Origin: an uncultured Rubritepida sp.
GTDB lineage: Bacteria > Pseudomonadota > Alphaproteobacteria > Acetobacterales > Acetobacteraceae
Length of the DNA stretch: 64,000 nucleotides
Reading direction: 5' to 3'
Assembly (NCBI GenBank): GCA_964395305.1
Contig: CAYNBM010000001.1
Location: 248,402-312,401, forward strand
Below the pieces are notes generated by a model. The model did not search any database and was not told the DNA's origin. It worked only from the letters and a program-made list of their open reading frames with translations. Below, piece after piece: positions 1-9,262 of the stretch. Both the position numbers and the translations under genes were made by a program. How positions within the stretch are numbered: the stretch's first letter is position 1; each line of letters begins with the position of its first letter.

Positions 1-113
1 TTGAGTGGTGTTGAGCGTTGTAGTGGCGTTATGGCCATTGTCGTGAATGTCGCGGCCCTGTCGCGCACCCGCCTATTCGGCGAGCGCGGCCGCGTGTAGA
101 AGCGGTGTTGAGT

Positions 114-130
114 TTGAGAATGCTTCGCAA
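114..130 (+). promoter_or_regulatory. Weak ICE-like (Irr iron control element) dyad TTGAGAA-TGC-TTCGCAA
   Basis: Matches TTTAGAA-N3-TTCTAAA at 11 of 14 defined positions. It lies 3 nt upstream of the 134 ATG of an iron-type permease. The position is odd for a promoter element. Confidence 0.15.
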
Positions 131-133
131 TCC

Positions 134-1795
134 ATGTCGGTCCTCGTCCCCTCGATGTCGCGCCTGCCCCGGTTCAGGCTTCCCGGTCTGAGCGTCGCCG
201 GGCTGATCCTGGCTGCGCTGGTGTCGCTGCCGCTGCTGGCGGTGCTGCTGGCAGCGGCGGTGCCGGCGGGGCCGGTCTGGGCGCATATCGCCGCCACCAC
301 CCTGCCGGAGATGCTGGCCAATTCCGTCGCGCTGGCTGGTCTGGTCGCGGTGATGGCGGGCAGTGCCGGCGCCCTCACCGCCTGGCTGGTCACCGCCTGC
401 CGCTTCCCCGGCCACCGGGTGCTGGAGGTGGCGCTGCTGCTGCCGCTCGCCATGCCGGCCTACGTCTCGGCCTATGCCTATACCTGGCTGCTGGATGCCG
501 CCGGGCCGGTGCAGGGTGGCATCCGCGACGCCACGGGGCTGAGCTGGCGCGAGATGACGTGGTTTCCGGAAATCCGCTCGCTGCCCGGCGCCGCCCTGGT
601 GCTGGCGATGGTGCTCTACCCATACGTCTATCTGCTCTGCCGCAGCGCCTTCCTCAGCCAGTCCACCTGCCTGGTCGAAGTGTCGCGCACGCTCGGGCAT
701 TCGCTCGGCCACACCTTCCTGCGGGTGGCGCTGCCGCTGGCGCGGCCGGCCCTGGCGGCGGGGCTCGGCCTGGCCTTGATGGAGGTGCTGGCTGATTTCG
801 GGACGGTGCAGCATTTTGGCGTGCGCACCCTGACCACGGGCATCTACGAGACCTGGTTCGGCCTGGAGGATCGCGGCGCCGCCAGCCAATTGGCCGCAGC
901 ACTGCTGGGATGCGTGGCCATGCTGGTGCTGCTCGAGAGGCTGGCCCGCGGCGGCCGCCGCTTTCATCCCACCACCACCCGCCACCCGCCCTTCCGGCCC
1001 GTCGCATTGCGCGGCCTGCGCGGTGCGGCGGCGGCAGCCTGCTGCCTGACGCCCGTGCTGCTGGGCTTCGCCCTGCCCGCCGGCACGCTGTTCTGGCTGA
1101 TGCTGGAGGGTGGCGATCCCTTGTCCTTCGGCAAGCTGCTGCCCTTCGCCACCAATTCGCTGCTGCTGTCCGGGGTGACGGCGGTGCTGGCGGTGATGCT
1201 GGCCGCGGTGCTGGCCTGGGGTGCGAGGCTCTCGACCGGCGCGGCCCCGCGCTGGGCGTTGCGCATCGCGGGGCTGGGCTATGCGCTGCCGGGCAGTGTC
1301 ATCGCCGTGGGGACGCTGATGCCCTTCGGCCTGTTCGACAACGCGCTCGATGCCTGGACGCGGGAGAATTTGGGCGTTTCGGTGGGTCTGGTGCTGTCGG
1401 GCAGCATCGCGGCGCTGGTCTTCGCCTATCTCGTGCGCTTCATGGCGGTGGCGCTCGGCGCGCTGGAGAGCGGCCTGGCCAGGCTCAAGCCCTCGATGCG
1501 GGACGCCGCACGCTGCCTGGGCGCCAGTGGAAGCCGGGCGGTCTGGCGGGTGGAGCTGCCGCTGGCGCGCGGCGCCATGCTCTCCGCCGGCATCCTGGTC
1601 TTCGTCGATACGATGAAGGAATTGCCGGCGACGCTGATCATTCGCCCCTTCAACTTCGATACGCTGGCAATCAGGGTCTATACCCTGGCATCCGACGAGC
1701 GGCTGACCGAGGCTTCGACCGGCGCGCTGCTGATCGTGCTGGTGGGGCTGCTGCCGCTTTGGGTGCTCACCCGTGCAATGCGCCGTCCATCGTGA
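134..1795 (+). CDS. ABC transporter permease, fused two-domain Fe(III)/FbpB type
   Basis: ORF 47..1795. It has two homologous multi-TM halves. The C-terminal segment ELPATLIIRPFNFDTLAIRVYTLASDERL is typical of Fe3+-type fused permeases. The start is ambiguous (47, 134 or 155). Confidence 0.85.
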   Translation: MSVLVPSMSRLPRFRLPGLSVAGLILAALVSLPLLAVLLAAAVPAGPVWAHIAATTLPEMLANSVALAGLVAVMAGSAGALTAWLVTACRFPGHRVLEVALLLPLAMPAYVSAYAYTWLLDAAGPVQGGIRDATGLSWREMTWFPEIRSLPGAALVLAMVLYPYVYLLCRSAFLSQSTCLVEVSRTLGHSLGHTFLRVALPLARPALAAGLGLALMEVLADFGTVQHFGVRTLTTGIYETWFGLEDRGAASQLAAALLGCVAMLVLLERLARGGRRFHPTTTRHPPFRPVALRGLRGAAAAACCLTPVLLGFALPAGTLFWLMLEGGDPLSFGKLLPFATNSLLLSGVTAVLAVMLAAVLAWGARLSTGAAPRWALRIAGLGYALPGSVIAVGTLMPFGLFDNALDAWTRENLGVSVGLVLSGSIAALVFAYLVRFMAVALGALESGLARLKPSMRDAARCLGASGSRAVWRVELPLARGAMLSAGILVFVDTMKELPATLIIRPFNFDTLAIRVYTLASDERLTEASTGALLIVLVGLLPLWVLTRAMRRPS

Positions 1796-1892
1796 AAAAC
1801 GCCGCTCGCTGAGGCCGTTTAGACATTGCAAAGGCCGATCTGGTAGCCAAAGAGCGCCGCTGCGCGCGGACACCAACCCTCCGAAGCTTGGC

Positions 1893-1920
1893 TTGACAAA
1901 CCTTATTGGCGGGGATGTAT
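1893..1920 (+). promoter_or_regulatory. Candidate sigma70-type promoter TTGACA-N16-ATGTAT
   Basis: TTGACA at 1893..1898 and ATGTAT at 1915..1920, in the 188-bp gap upstream of the coiled-coil/glycosyltransferase genes. Confidence 0.25.
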
Positions 1921-1983
1921 GCAGCCGGGCTCTGTAATCTTGGGATGGGCCGCACACCTTCTGCCGAGGACTGGAATATCGCC

Positions 1984-2502
1984 ATGAAGATTCGACCTCT
2001 GACACAGGGTGACAAGGATTCCATCGCCTCCATGGCTCGCGCCCTGGCAGGGCGCGCGCTCAGCGCCGGCGAAGCCCAGGCCAGCGCGACCGCAGCCCAG
2101 CAGGCGACCGATCAGATCGCCGAATTCGATCGGCGGCTCGAGGCCATGAACCGCGAAATGAATGCCCGCCTGACCGCGATGAGCCATTCGATCGAGATGA
2201 TGCAGCGCAAGGTCGCCGGCCTTGCCGGTGATTTCCAGGGCGTGCGCCTCTCGCTGGCCGATATCGAGACCCGGCTTGAGCAGGAACATGAGAAGGTCAT
2301 CGGGTCGGTCGACATCATGGTGAAGCGTCTGACAGGGGAGCTGACCGGCTCGCTCGACCGCCTGGCCCTGGTGGCTGATGACACCGCCACGGCGCAGCAG
2401 GCGCTCGTGGTGCTCGCCCGGCAAGTGGCAGCGGCCACCGCCCTGCCGGATGTGCCACCGCCGGATCTTCGGGTGACGGCGCCGGTCGCCACCGGTGTCT
2501 AA
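1984..2502 (+). CDS. Hypothetical coiled-coil protein (about 172 aa)
   Basis: Part of ORF 1906..2502, starting at MKIRPLTQGD. Heptad-like A/E/R/L-rich sequence (DRRLEAMNREMNARLTAMSHSIEMMQRKV). Its stop overlaps the GTG start of the next gene (GTGTCTAA). No family recognised. Confidence 0.5.
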   Translation: MKIRPLTQGDKDSIASMARALAGRALSAGEAQASATAAQQATDQIAEFDRRLEAMNREMNARLTAMSHSIEMMQRKVAGLAGDFQGVRLSLADIETRLEQEHEKVIGSVDIMVKRLTGELTGSLDRLALVADDTATAQQALVVLARQVAAATALPDVPPPDLRVTAPVATGV

Positions 2503-3595
2503 GGTCGTCCAATACCATCCCTCGATCATCGAGGCGGACGCGATCGGCTATTCCATCACCACCTTGCATGCGGTGCTGCTGGAGGCCGGGATCGAGAGCG
2601 AACTCTATTGCGGCGATGAACGCGCGGCGCCGTTCAGCGACATCAAGCCGGTCAGCCAGCTGCTGAACCAGGGGATGCAGGGCACCGCGCCCGACGTGAT
2701 CATCATCCACTTCTCCTTCTACGATGACGTGGCCATCCGGCTGGCGCAGCTGCCGGGACGAAAGATCATCGTCTACCACAACATCACGCCGGGCCATTTC
2801 TTCGAGCGTGAAGGCATGGAGCAGATGGCCTGGCTGAGCCACGCCTGCAACGGCGCCCGCGCCCAGCTCGCCACCATGAACCATATGTTCGACGTCTCGG
2901 TGGGTGATTCGGACTACAATTCGCTGGAACTTCGCCAGCTCGGTTTTCGCAATGTCATGACCATCCCGGTCTTCGTGAACACCGAATACTTCAAGTCCGA
3001 TGCGCTCGACATGGAAACCTTCAACGCGATCCGTTCGAAGGCCGGCACCAACATCGCCTTCGTCGGCCGCTTCGTGCCCAACAAGGCGATCGAGGACGTG
3101 ATTTCGGTCGTGGCGCAGTACAAGCGGATGTTCGGCCCCGACATCAACCTCCACCTCATTGGTAAGGTATGGGACCAGAACTACTACAGCAGCCTGCTGG
3201 CCCATGCGGCAGCGAATGGCGTGATCGACCTCATCCGCACCTACATCGGCCTCGAACCGATCAAGCTGAAGACCGTGTTTTCCGCCGTCGATGCCTTCGT
3301 CTCGATGTCGCAGCATGAGGGCTTCATGGTGCCGGTGATCGAGGCCTTCGCGGCCGGCTGCCCGGTCATCGCCCGCGATGCCGGGGCGGTGGGCGACACC
3401 ATGGGTGATGGCGGTTTCCTGCTGCCCGATGGCGATACCCAACTGGCCGCCTCGCTGGTGCGTATGCTCAAGCTCGACAGCGACCTGCGCGAGAGAGTGA
3501 TCGCCGGCCAGCGCCGCCGCGCCTTCCATTTCCGCACCGAAAACACCGCCCGCACCTGGCTCAACACCCTGATGGGTGCCGGCCCCGCGCATTGA
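2495..3595 (+). CDS. Glycosyltransferase family 4 (group 1, GT-B fold)
   Basis: ORF 2495..3595 with a GTG start. Carries FVGRFVPNKAIEDV and the C-terminal sugar-donor motif SQHEGFMVPVIEAFAAGCPVIA. Confidence 0.85.
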   Translation: MSKVVQYHPSIIEADAIGYSITTLHAVLLEAGIESELYCGDERAAPFSDIKPVSQLLNQGMQGTAPDVIIIHFSFYDDVAIRLAQLPGRKIIVYHNITPGHFFEREGMEQMAWLSHACNGARAQLATMNHMFDVSVGDSDYNSLELRQLGFRNVMTIPVFVNTEYFKSDALDMETFNAIRSKAGTNIAFVGRFVPNKAIEDVISVVAQYKRMFGPDINLHLIGKVWDQNYYSSLLAHAAANGVIDLIRTYIGLEPIKLKTVFSAVDAFVSMSQHEGFMVPVIEAFAAGCPVIARDAGAVGDTMGDGGFLLPDGDTQLAASLVRMLKLDSDLRERVIAGQRRRAFHFRTENTARTWLNTLMGAGPAH

Positions 3596-3647
3596 ACCCG
3601 CGCCGCGTCCACCACCGTGACCACCCCCCGAATTGGAGAGCCTGACG

Positions 3648-5252
3648 TTGAAAATCGCATTTGATGGTGGTTCGTTCCAACAGGGCATCGCCGGGGGGAT
3701 ATTCACGGTCTCGGTCGGCCTGCTGAACGCGGCCGCGGCGCTCGACCCCGATTTCTCCTGTGTGCTGGTGGCCGACAGCCGGCTTGGCCCGGTGCGTGAG
3801 GAGTTGGTGGCGCAGCTGAATTTCCGCCCCGAGGTTGTCTATGGCGAAATCGCGCCGGCCTACGACCCGGCGCTGCGCGGCATCACCACCGATGACCCCC
3901 GCGTGCGCTTCGAGATCGACGGCCAGGTGGTGACACCCAGGGCCGATGGGCTGACCTTCACCTATACCGGCCCACGGCCGCAGCAGTCCTTCTTCATCTG
4001 CAGCCGCGCCTCGCGCCCCTGCGACACCCGCGGCGGCGGTGACACCCGCATGCTGGGCATTCCCCTTCGCGCCATCACCGTTCAGGACGAATCGGAGACC
4101 CGACTGGTTCCGGTGCGCGACCCCGCGATCAGCGAGGGGTTCGAGGTTCCCGAACCCGGCTATCGCTGGACCAATGGGCGCGGCCGCATCCCCATCTCGA
4201 TGCTGGCCAGCGAATCCGAGGAGATCACCATCTCCATCGAGATCGCCGGCGCGATGACCTATCAGGTGATGGGCGGCATGTTCGACGCCCGCTTCAACGA
4301 AATCGCCGAAAACCTGCGCGCCGTCGATCGCCGGGTGCGGATCGGGGCCGTCGAAGCCACGCTGCTGGATATGGGCGTCACCACCTATTTCGTGAACCAT
4401 TTCATGCCGGTGCGGATGGAGCGGCTGCGCACCGTCAGCTTCCTGCATGACATGATCCCGGTGATCCACAAGGAATTCTTCATGGCCGATGCGCGGGCGA
4501 ATTTCGCCCAGAACATCAGCGCCTTCAAGCGCTCGGCCCATGTCTTCACCAATTCCGAGGCGAGCCGTGCCGACCTCGTCCGCCTCGAGAAGGTCCCGCC
4601 CGGCAAGGTGACCAATATCGGCATCGACATCGCGCCTGAATACGTGCCTCAGGCCGCCGCCAAGGTGCGCGGGGTGCTGGCGGCCAAGGGGTTGGGGCAG
4701 CGCCCCTATATCCTGTGCGTCGGCACGCTGGAGCCGCGCAAGAACCATCTCGGCCTGTTGATCGGCTTCGAGATGGCGTTCCGCGACCGGGACTTCCCCT
4801 ATGACCTCGTCGTGGTGGGCAAGCCGGGCTGGGGCTATGATGGCTTCATGCGCGGGGTGGCGGAACGCGGCATGGGCCATCTCGTCCATGTCCTGAGCAA
4901 CATCTCCAATGCCGAGCTGGCGGCGCTCTACTCCGGCGCCACCTTCTCCGCCTATCCCAGCCTCTATGAGGGCTTTGGCCTGCCGGTGCTGGAATCGATG
5001 TCCTGCGGCTGCGCCGTCCTCACCTCCAACGTCTCCTCGATGCCCGAGATCGCCGGTGACGCGGCGCTGCTGGTCAACCCGCGCGACCCCGCCTCCATCG
5101 CCGGTGGCCTCGTACAGCTGGCCGATGACCCCGCGCTGCGCGCCCTGCTGGTCGAGCGCGGCCATCGCCGCCGCCGCGCCTATGACTGGAAGCTGAGCGC
5201 GCGCATGGTCCTGGACACGCTCGCCAGCCTCGAAGAAGCCTCCGCGGCATGA
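3648..5252 (+). CDS. Glycosyltransferase family 4 with an extra N-terminal region of about 235 aa
   Basis: ORF 3633..5252. The TTG at 3648 (MKIAFDGG) lies 7 nt after GGAGAG. The C-terminal half carries CVGTLEPRKNH and SLYEGFGLPVLESMSCGCAVLTS. The N-terminal half (including GFEVPEPGYRWTNGRG) was not recognised. Confidence 0.85.
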   Translation: MKIAFDGGSFQQGIAGGIFTVSVGLLNAAAALDPDFSCVLVADSRLGPVREELVAQLNFRPEVVYGEIAPAYDPALRGITTDDPRVRFEIDGQVVTPRADGLTFTYTGPRPQQSFFICSRASRPCDTRGGGDTRMLGIPLRAITVQDESETRLVPVRDPAISEGFEVPEPGYRWTNGRGRIPISMLASESEEITISIEIAGAMTYQVMGGMFDARFNEIAENLRAVDRRVRIGAVEATLLDMGVTTYFVNHFMPVRMERLRTVSFLHDMIPVIHKEFFMADARANFAQNISAFKRSAHVFTNSEASRADLVRLEKVPPGKVTNIGIDIAPEYVPQAAAKVRGVLAAKGLGQRPYILCVGTLEPRKNHLGLLIGFEMAFRDRDFPYDLVVVGKPGWGYDGFMRGVAERGMGHLVHVLSNISNAELAALYSGATFSAYPSLYEGFGLPVLESMSCGCAVLTSNVSSMPEIAGDAALLVNPRDPASIAGGLVQLADDPALRALLVERGHRRRRAYDWKLSARMVLDTLASLEEASAA

Positions 5253-6511
5253 AAATCACCGTCCTCTCCACCTTCGACGTCTGGCCCGCCGTCGATGGCG
5301 GACAGACGCGCTATGTCTCGATGTGGACCAAATTCTCCGACGCGAACCAGGTCACCATCCTGCCCTATGAGTTCCGCAACACCGAGGCCGAGCGCCGCTA
5401 CAAGCTGGCGCCGCATGTCGAGGTGCTGCTGCCGCGCGCCAATGAAGGCGACGCCCGGCACTTCCACCACATGATGCATGTCACCGGGTTGTGGATGCAG
5501 GATGTGCTGTGCATCGGCGACTATTCGCTCTCGGCCGATTACCTGCAGGCGCTGCGCCGTCAGCTCGAGACATGCGACGTGATCGTCGCATCCCACCCCT
5601 ATCTCGCCACGATGGCCTTCGCCTGGGCGCCCGCGGGGGTGCTGAAGGTCTATGAGGCGCACAATGTCGAATACGACATCAAGGACCGCTACTTCCGCAC
5701 CGGCCGCGCCAGCCGGAACATGATGGGCCGCTACCTCCGCCAGGTGGAGCAGGCCGAGCGCCTGGCCGTGCAGCAGGCGGACCACGTCACCGCCGTCAGC
5801 GAGGCGGATCGAGACCGGCTGGTCGAGCTCTATGGCGTCTCGCCCATCAAGATCAGCGTCGTCCCCAATGGCGTGAACACCGCGCAGGCCCGCAGCCTGC
5901 TGTCCGAGGCGCGCACGGCATTGCGGGCGGAGCTTGGCCTGGCCGGGCGCGCCGTCGGCGTCATCGTCGCCAGCAGCTACGGGCCGAATGTCGAGTCTTA
6001 CCGCCGCACCAGACTGATGCTGCACGAGGCGGGCTTTACCGGCACAATCCTGCTGGTCGGCGCGATCGGCAACGCTCTGCAGCCGGATTGGCCCGATGTC
6101 GGCTTCGAGGAGCGGGTTTTTGGCTTCGTCAGCGAGGAGCTGAAGATGACCTTGCTGGAGCTCGCCGATTTCGCCCCGCATTTCGTCTTCGACGGCGCCG
6201 GCACCAACCTCAAGCTGCTGGATTACATGGGCAATGGCGTCGCCATCATCGCCAATCAGTTCGGCGTGCGCGGCACCGAGGGCGATGACTGGTACTGGCC
6301 GGCCGAGGACGTGGCCGGGCTGAAGGCGGCGCTGGCCGATATCGCGGCCAATCCGGCGCAGGCCCTTGCGCGCGCCGAGCGCGGCCGCGCCGTGGCACTG
6401 GCGCATTTCGACTGGGCGCCGATCGCCGCCCGTTTCGAGGCCGGCATGCGGCAGGGCTTCCCGCTCAGCGCCGCCGTGGCGGCAAAGGCCTTGTTGCCGG
6501 CCGAGGGCTGA
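5249..6511 (+). CDS. Glycosyltransferase (GT-B fold, GT4-like)
   Basis: ORF 5249..6511, with an ATGA overlap onto the upstream gene. N-terminus MKITVLSTFDVWPAVDGGQTR. C-terminal GAGTNLKLLDYMGNGVAIIAN. Confidence 0.7.
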   Translation: MKITVLSTFDVWPAVDGGQTRYVSMWTKFSDANQVTILPYEFRNTEAERRYKLAPHVEVLLPRANEGDARHFHHMMHVTGLWMQDVLCIGDYSLSADYLQALRRQLETCDVIVASHPYLATMAFAWAPAGVLKVYEAHNVEYDIKDRYFRTGRASRNMMGRYLRQVEQAERLAVQQADHVTAVSEADRDRLVELYGVSPIKISVVPNGVNTAQARSLLSEARTALRAELGLAGRAVGVIVASSYGPNVESYRRTRLMLHEAGFTGTILLVGAIGNALQPDWPDVGFEERVFGFVSEELKMTLLELADFAPHFVFDGAGTNLKLLDYMGNGVAIIANQFGVRGTEGDDWYWPAEDVAGLKAALADIAANPAQALARAERGRAVALAHFDWAPIAARFEAGMRQGFPLSAAVAAKALLPAEG

Positions 6512-6529
6512 ACCCTCAACCCAGCCGGC

Positions 6530-7351
6530 GTGAGCGATGCGCGGATCCATGCTTCAATGGCAGGCATGCAACCCGCCCATGACCCTGCCCTGCAACGGCA
6601 ATACGACAATCCCGCCATGGTGCCGGAGCACCCCACGATCGTCGCGGGCTGGGCCAGGCAGGCCGCGGCCCATCGCGCCCGGGGCGGGCGGCTCGACATC
6701 GCCTACGGTCCGTCCGGGCGGGAGCGTTACGACATCTTCGGGCCGGACGAAGCGCCCCTCGCCGTCTTCATCCATGGCGGCTACTGGCAGAAGATGGACA
6801 AGAGCTTCTTCAGCCACATCGCGGCGGGGCTGAACGGGCATGGCGTGGCGGTGGCGGTGCTGGGCTATGATCTCTGCCCGGGCGTGACCATCCCGCAGAT
6901 CATCGCCCAGCTCCGCGCGGCCTGCGCGTCGCTGCCGCGGCGGCCGGCGCTGGCCTTCGGGCATTCCGCCGGTGGGCATCTCGCGGCGATGCTCCTGGCC
7001 AGCTGCCATGTCGATGCAGCCCTGCCGATCTCGGGCGTCTTCGAGCTGGCGCCGCTGCGCCACACCACCATCGGCCAGGCGCTGGCGCTGAGCGAGGCCG
7101 ATGCCCTGGCACTCTCACCGCGCTTCATGCCCCCTGCTCCGGGCTGGCTGCATGCCGTGGTCGGCGGCGCGGAGAGCGATGAGTTCCGCCGCCAGACCCA
7201 TGATTTCGCCCGGGCCTGGGGCGGCTCGGCCGAGGAATTGCCGGGGCTGAACCATTTCTCCGTGCTCGCCCCCTTCAGTGATCCCGGCAGCGCGGTCGTC
7301 GCTCGCATGCGCCGGGCGATCAGCGAAACACCAGGTCGGGCAGGAACATGA
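6530..7351 (+). CDS. Alpha/beta hydrolase (arylformamidase/esterase-like)
   Basis: QYDNPAMVPE, VFIHGGYWQ oxyanion-hole type motif, nucleophile elbow GHSAGGH. Possible starts lie between 6530 and 6566. Confidence 0.8.
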   Translation: MSDARIHASMAGMQPAHDPALQRQYDNPAMVPEHPTIVAGWARQAAAHRARGGRLDIAYGPSGRERYDIFGPDEAPLAVFIHGGYWQKMDKSFFSHIAAGLNGHGVAVAVLGYDLCPGVTIPQIIAQLRAACASLPRRPALAFGHSAGGHLAAMLLASCHVDAALPISGVFELAPLRHTTIGQALALSEADALALSPRFMPPAPGWLHAVVGGAESDEFRRQTHDFARAWGGSAEELPGLNHFSVLAPFSDPGSAVVARMRRAISETPGRAGT

Positions 7352-8597
7352 CGATCGCCGGCACATAGGTGATAATCATCAGGCAGGCGAAGATCACCCC
7401 GATGAAGATCGGCAGGTAGCGCATCATCCGGTCGATGCTGGTGCCCGCGACCTGGGCAGCGGCGAAGAGGTTCACGCCGAAGGGCGGCGTGATCATCCCC
7501 ATCGCCAGATTCACCACCATCACCGTGCCGAAATGCACCTGGTTGATGCCCAGCCGCTCGGCCGCCTCGGCCAGGATGGGGGCGAGCACGATGATCGAGG
7601 CCGAGGTCTCGACGAACATGCCGACCACGAAGAGAAACAGGTTCACGCCGAGCAGGTAGAACATCGGCCCATCGAAGGTCTGCACGATCAGCTCAGCGGC
7701 CGCGTCCGGCACGCCCTGCCGGTTCAAAAGCCAGGAGAACAGCCCGGCGCAGGCGATGATGAACATGATGACGGCCGAGCTGATCACCGATTTCTTGAAG
7801 ATCGGATAGAGGTCGCGAACCCCGATCTCGCGGTGCAGGAACATTCCCACCAGGATGGCGTAGATCACCGCGATGACGCTGGCCTCGGTCGGCGTGGTGA
7901 TGCCGCCATAGATGCCGCCGAGCACGACGAAGGGCATCAGCAAAGCGAAGCCGGCCTGCTTCGTGGCGGTGAGGAAGGGCAGGCGGCCCTCGCCGTCATT
8001 CTTTCCCCAGCCGGTGATGCGGCACCAGACCAGCACGGTGGCGATCAGCGCGGCGCCGATCAGGAAGCCCGGCCCGAAGCCGGCCATGAACAGCTCGGGG
8101 ATCGAGGTCTGCGTCGTCACGCCATAGAGGATCATCGGGATGGAGGGCGGGATGATCACGCCAAGCTCGGCCGCTGTGGCCATCAGCGCGGCGGCGAAGG
8201 GCACGGGATAGCCCGCCTTGATCAGGGCCGGGATCATCACCGCGCCGATGGCGAAGGTGGTGGCGACGGAGGAACCCGAGATGGCCGCAAAAATCATGCA
8301 GGTGACGATGCAGGTGGCAGGCAGCCCGCCCTGCACCCCACCCACGATGGATTTGGCGAAATCCACGAGGCGGCGCGAAATCCCGCCGACATCCATCAGA
8401 TTGCCGGCCAGGATGAAGAAGGGAATGGCGGCGAGCGGAAACCGGTCCAGCGAGACATAAAGCTGCTGCGCCGCCACGATCAGCGGGAAGCTGGTGAAGC
8501 CGGCCACGCCGATGACGGCCGCGATACCGATGGCAACCGCCACGGGGATGCTGGCGGCAAACAGCACCAGCATCGCGGTCAACATGAAGCTGCTCAT
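7320..8597 (-). CDS. TRAP transporter large permease (DctM family)
   Basis: Inner part of ORF 7320..9122, starting at MSSFMLTAMLVLF. About 425 aa and multi-TM. ATGA overlap with the upstream small subunit. Confidence 0.9.
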   Translation of the reverse strand: MSSFMLTAMLVLFAASIPVAVAIGIAAVIGVAGFTSFPLIVAAQQLYVSLDRFPLAAIPFFILAGNLMDVGGISRRLVDFAKSIVGGVQGGLPATCIVTCMIFAAISGSSVATTFAIGAVMIPALIKAGYPVPFAAALMATAAELGVIIPPSIPMILYGVTTQTSIPELFMAGFGPGFLIGAALIATVLVWCRITGWGKNDGEGRLPFLTATKQAGFALLMPFVVLGGIYGGITTPTEASVIAVIYAILVGMFLHREIGVRDLYPIFKKSVISSAVIMFIIACAGLFSWLLNRQGVPDAAAELIVQTFDGPMFYLLGVNLFLFVVGMFVETSASIIVLAPILAEAAERLGINQVHFGTVMVVNLAMGMITPPFGVNLFAAAQVAGTSIDRMMRYLPIFIGVIFACLMIITYVPAIVMFLPDLVFR

Positions 8598-9184
8598 ACC
8601 GCCATCTCCAGTTCCTCGGCCCGGCGGTCGAGGAATTGCCCCAGCGCGCCCATGATCGCGAAGGCGGCGCCAATCGGCAGCGCCGCGTAACCCCAGCTGA
8701 TCGAGACCTCGAGCCCGGCCATTTCCTGGAACTGCACCCGCTCCGCCATGATCCAGCCGAACCAGAACAGCACGCCCATCAGCGAGACATTGCCCGCCAG
8801 CACCGCCGCCTCGATCCCACGCCGCAACGCCCCACGCGAGTAGCGATGCGCCATGTCGATGGAGACCAGCGAGCCGGTGCGGATCGCCGCCGCCAGGCCG
8901 ATGAAACCCATCCAGATCAGCGCCGTGCGCACCAGCGCCTCGGACCAGATCGAGGGAGTCTCGGTCGCGAAACGGGCCACCACCTGCCAGAAGCCGGCGA
9001 AGACGGCGACAACCAATGCCGCCACCGCGATGGCGGTGGCGATGCCCGTCGTCACACGGTCGATCTTCAGCACCGCGCGGGTGATGGCGGCCTGCGGCCC
9101 CGCCTTGGACTGACCGGCCCACAGAGCGGCAAGAACCAAGGCGGTGGTGCCCAGCAGCACCACCAGCAGCGGCGTCGAATTCAT
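8594..9184 (-). CDS. TRAP transporter small permease (DctQ family)
   Basis: ORF 8594..9253 trimmed to MNSTPLLVVLL. Four hydrophobic segments. Lies between the DctP and DctM genes. Confidence 0.8.
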   Translation of the reverse strand: MNSTPLLVVLLGTTALVLAALWAGQSKAGPQAAITRAVLKIDRVTTGIATAIAVAALVVAVFAGFWQVVARFATETPSIWSEALVRTALIWMGFIGLAAAIRTGSLVSIDMAHRYSRGALRRGIEAAVLAGNVSLMGVLFWFGWIMAERVQFQEMAGLEVSISWGYAALPIGAAFAIMGALGQFLDRRAEELEMAV

Positions 9185-9215
9185 GGCGTTCACGCGCGAC
9201 GATCCCTCAATGAAA

Positions 9216-9244
9216 CGGCCGCGGAGGGAGGCCCCCCGCGGCCG
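9216..9244 (-). other. GC-rich intercistronic hairpin between the TRAP binding-protein and membrane-subunit genes
   Basis: CGGCCGCGG...CCGCGGCCG forms a 9-bp perfect stem, plus 3 more pairs after one mismatch. Lies in the 78-nt dctP-dctQ spacer. Confidence 0.5.
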
Positions 9245-9262
9245 GGATGGCAATTGGCCGGC

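Noticed and set aside
1-99. Frame 1 is open from position 1 to the TAG at 97..99, so it could be the 3' end of an upstream gene. The sequence after this TAG (AAGCGGTGTTGAG) loosely resembles the start of the 55-nt repeat.
   Set aside because: Only 32 codons are visible and the first 30 nt have atypical composition. The resemblance to the repeat is too weak to claim without an alignment statistic.
29-2005. Very long ORFs antisense to or out of frame with recognised genes. Examples: 29..2005(-), 2315..3706(-), 3561..5165(-), 7278..8690(+), 8636..10345(+), 20832..22766(-), 22493..24094(-), 22618..24918(+), 33293..35788(-), 52623..55334(+).
   Set aside because: Their translations are R/G/A/P/H-rich low-complexity strings with no recognisable motifs. 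Each overlaps a gene with clear family signatures. This is the expected absence of stop codons in off-frames of GC-rich DNA.
7320-7351. Convergent 3'-end overlaps: hydrolase/DctM 32 nt, 29685..29707 23 nt, 23299..23302 4 nt.
   Set aside because: Short convergent overlaps are common in compact GC-rich genomes. No additional structure was seen.
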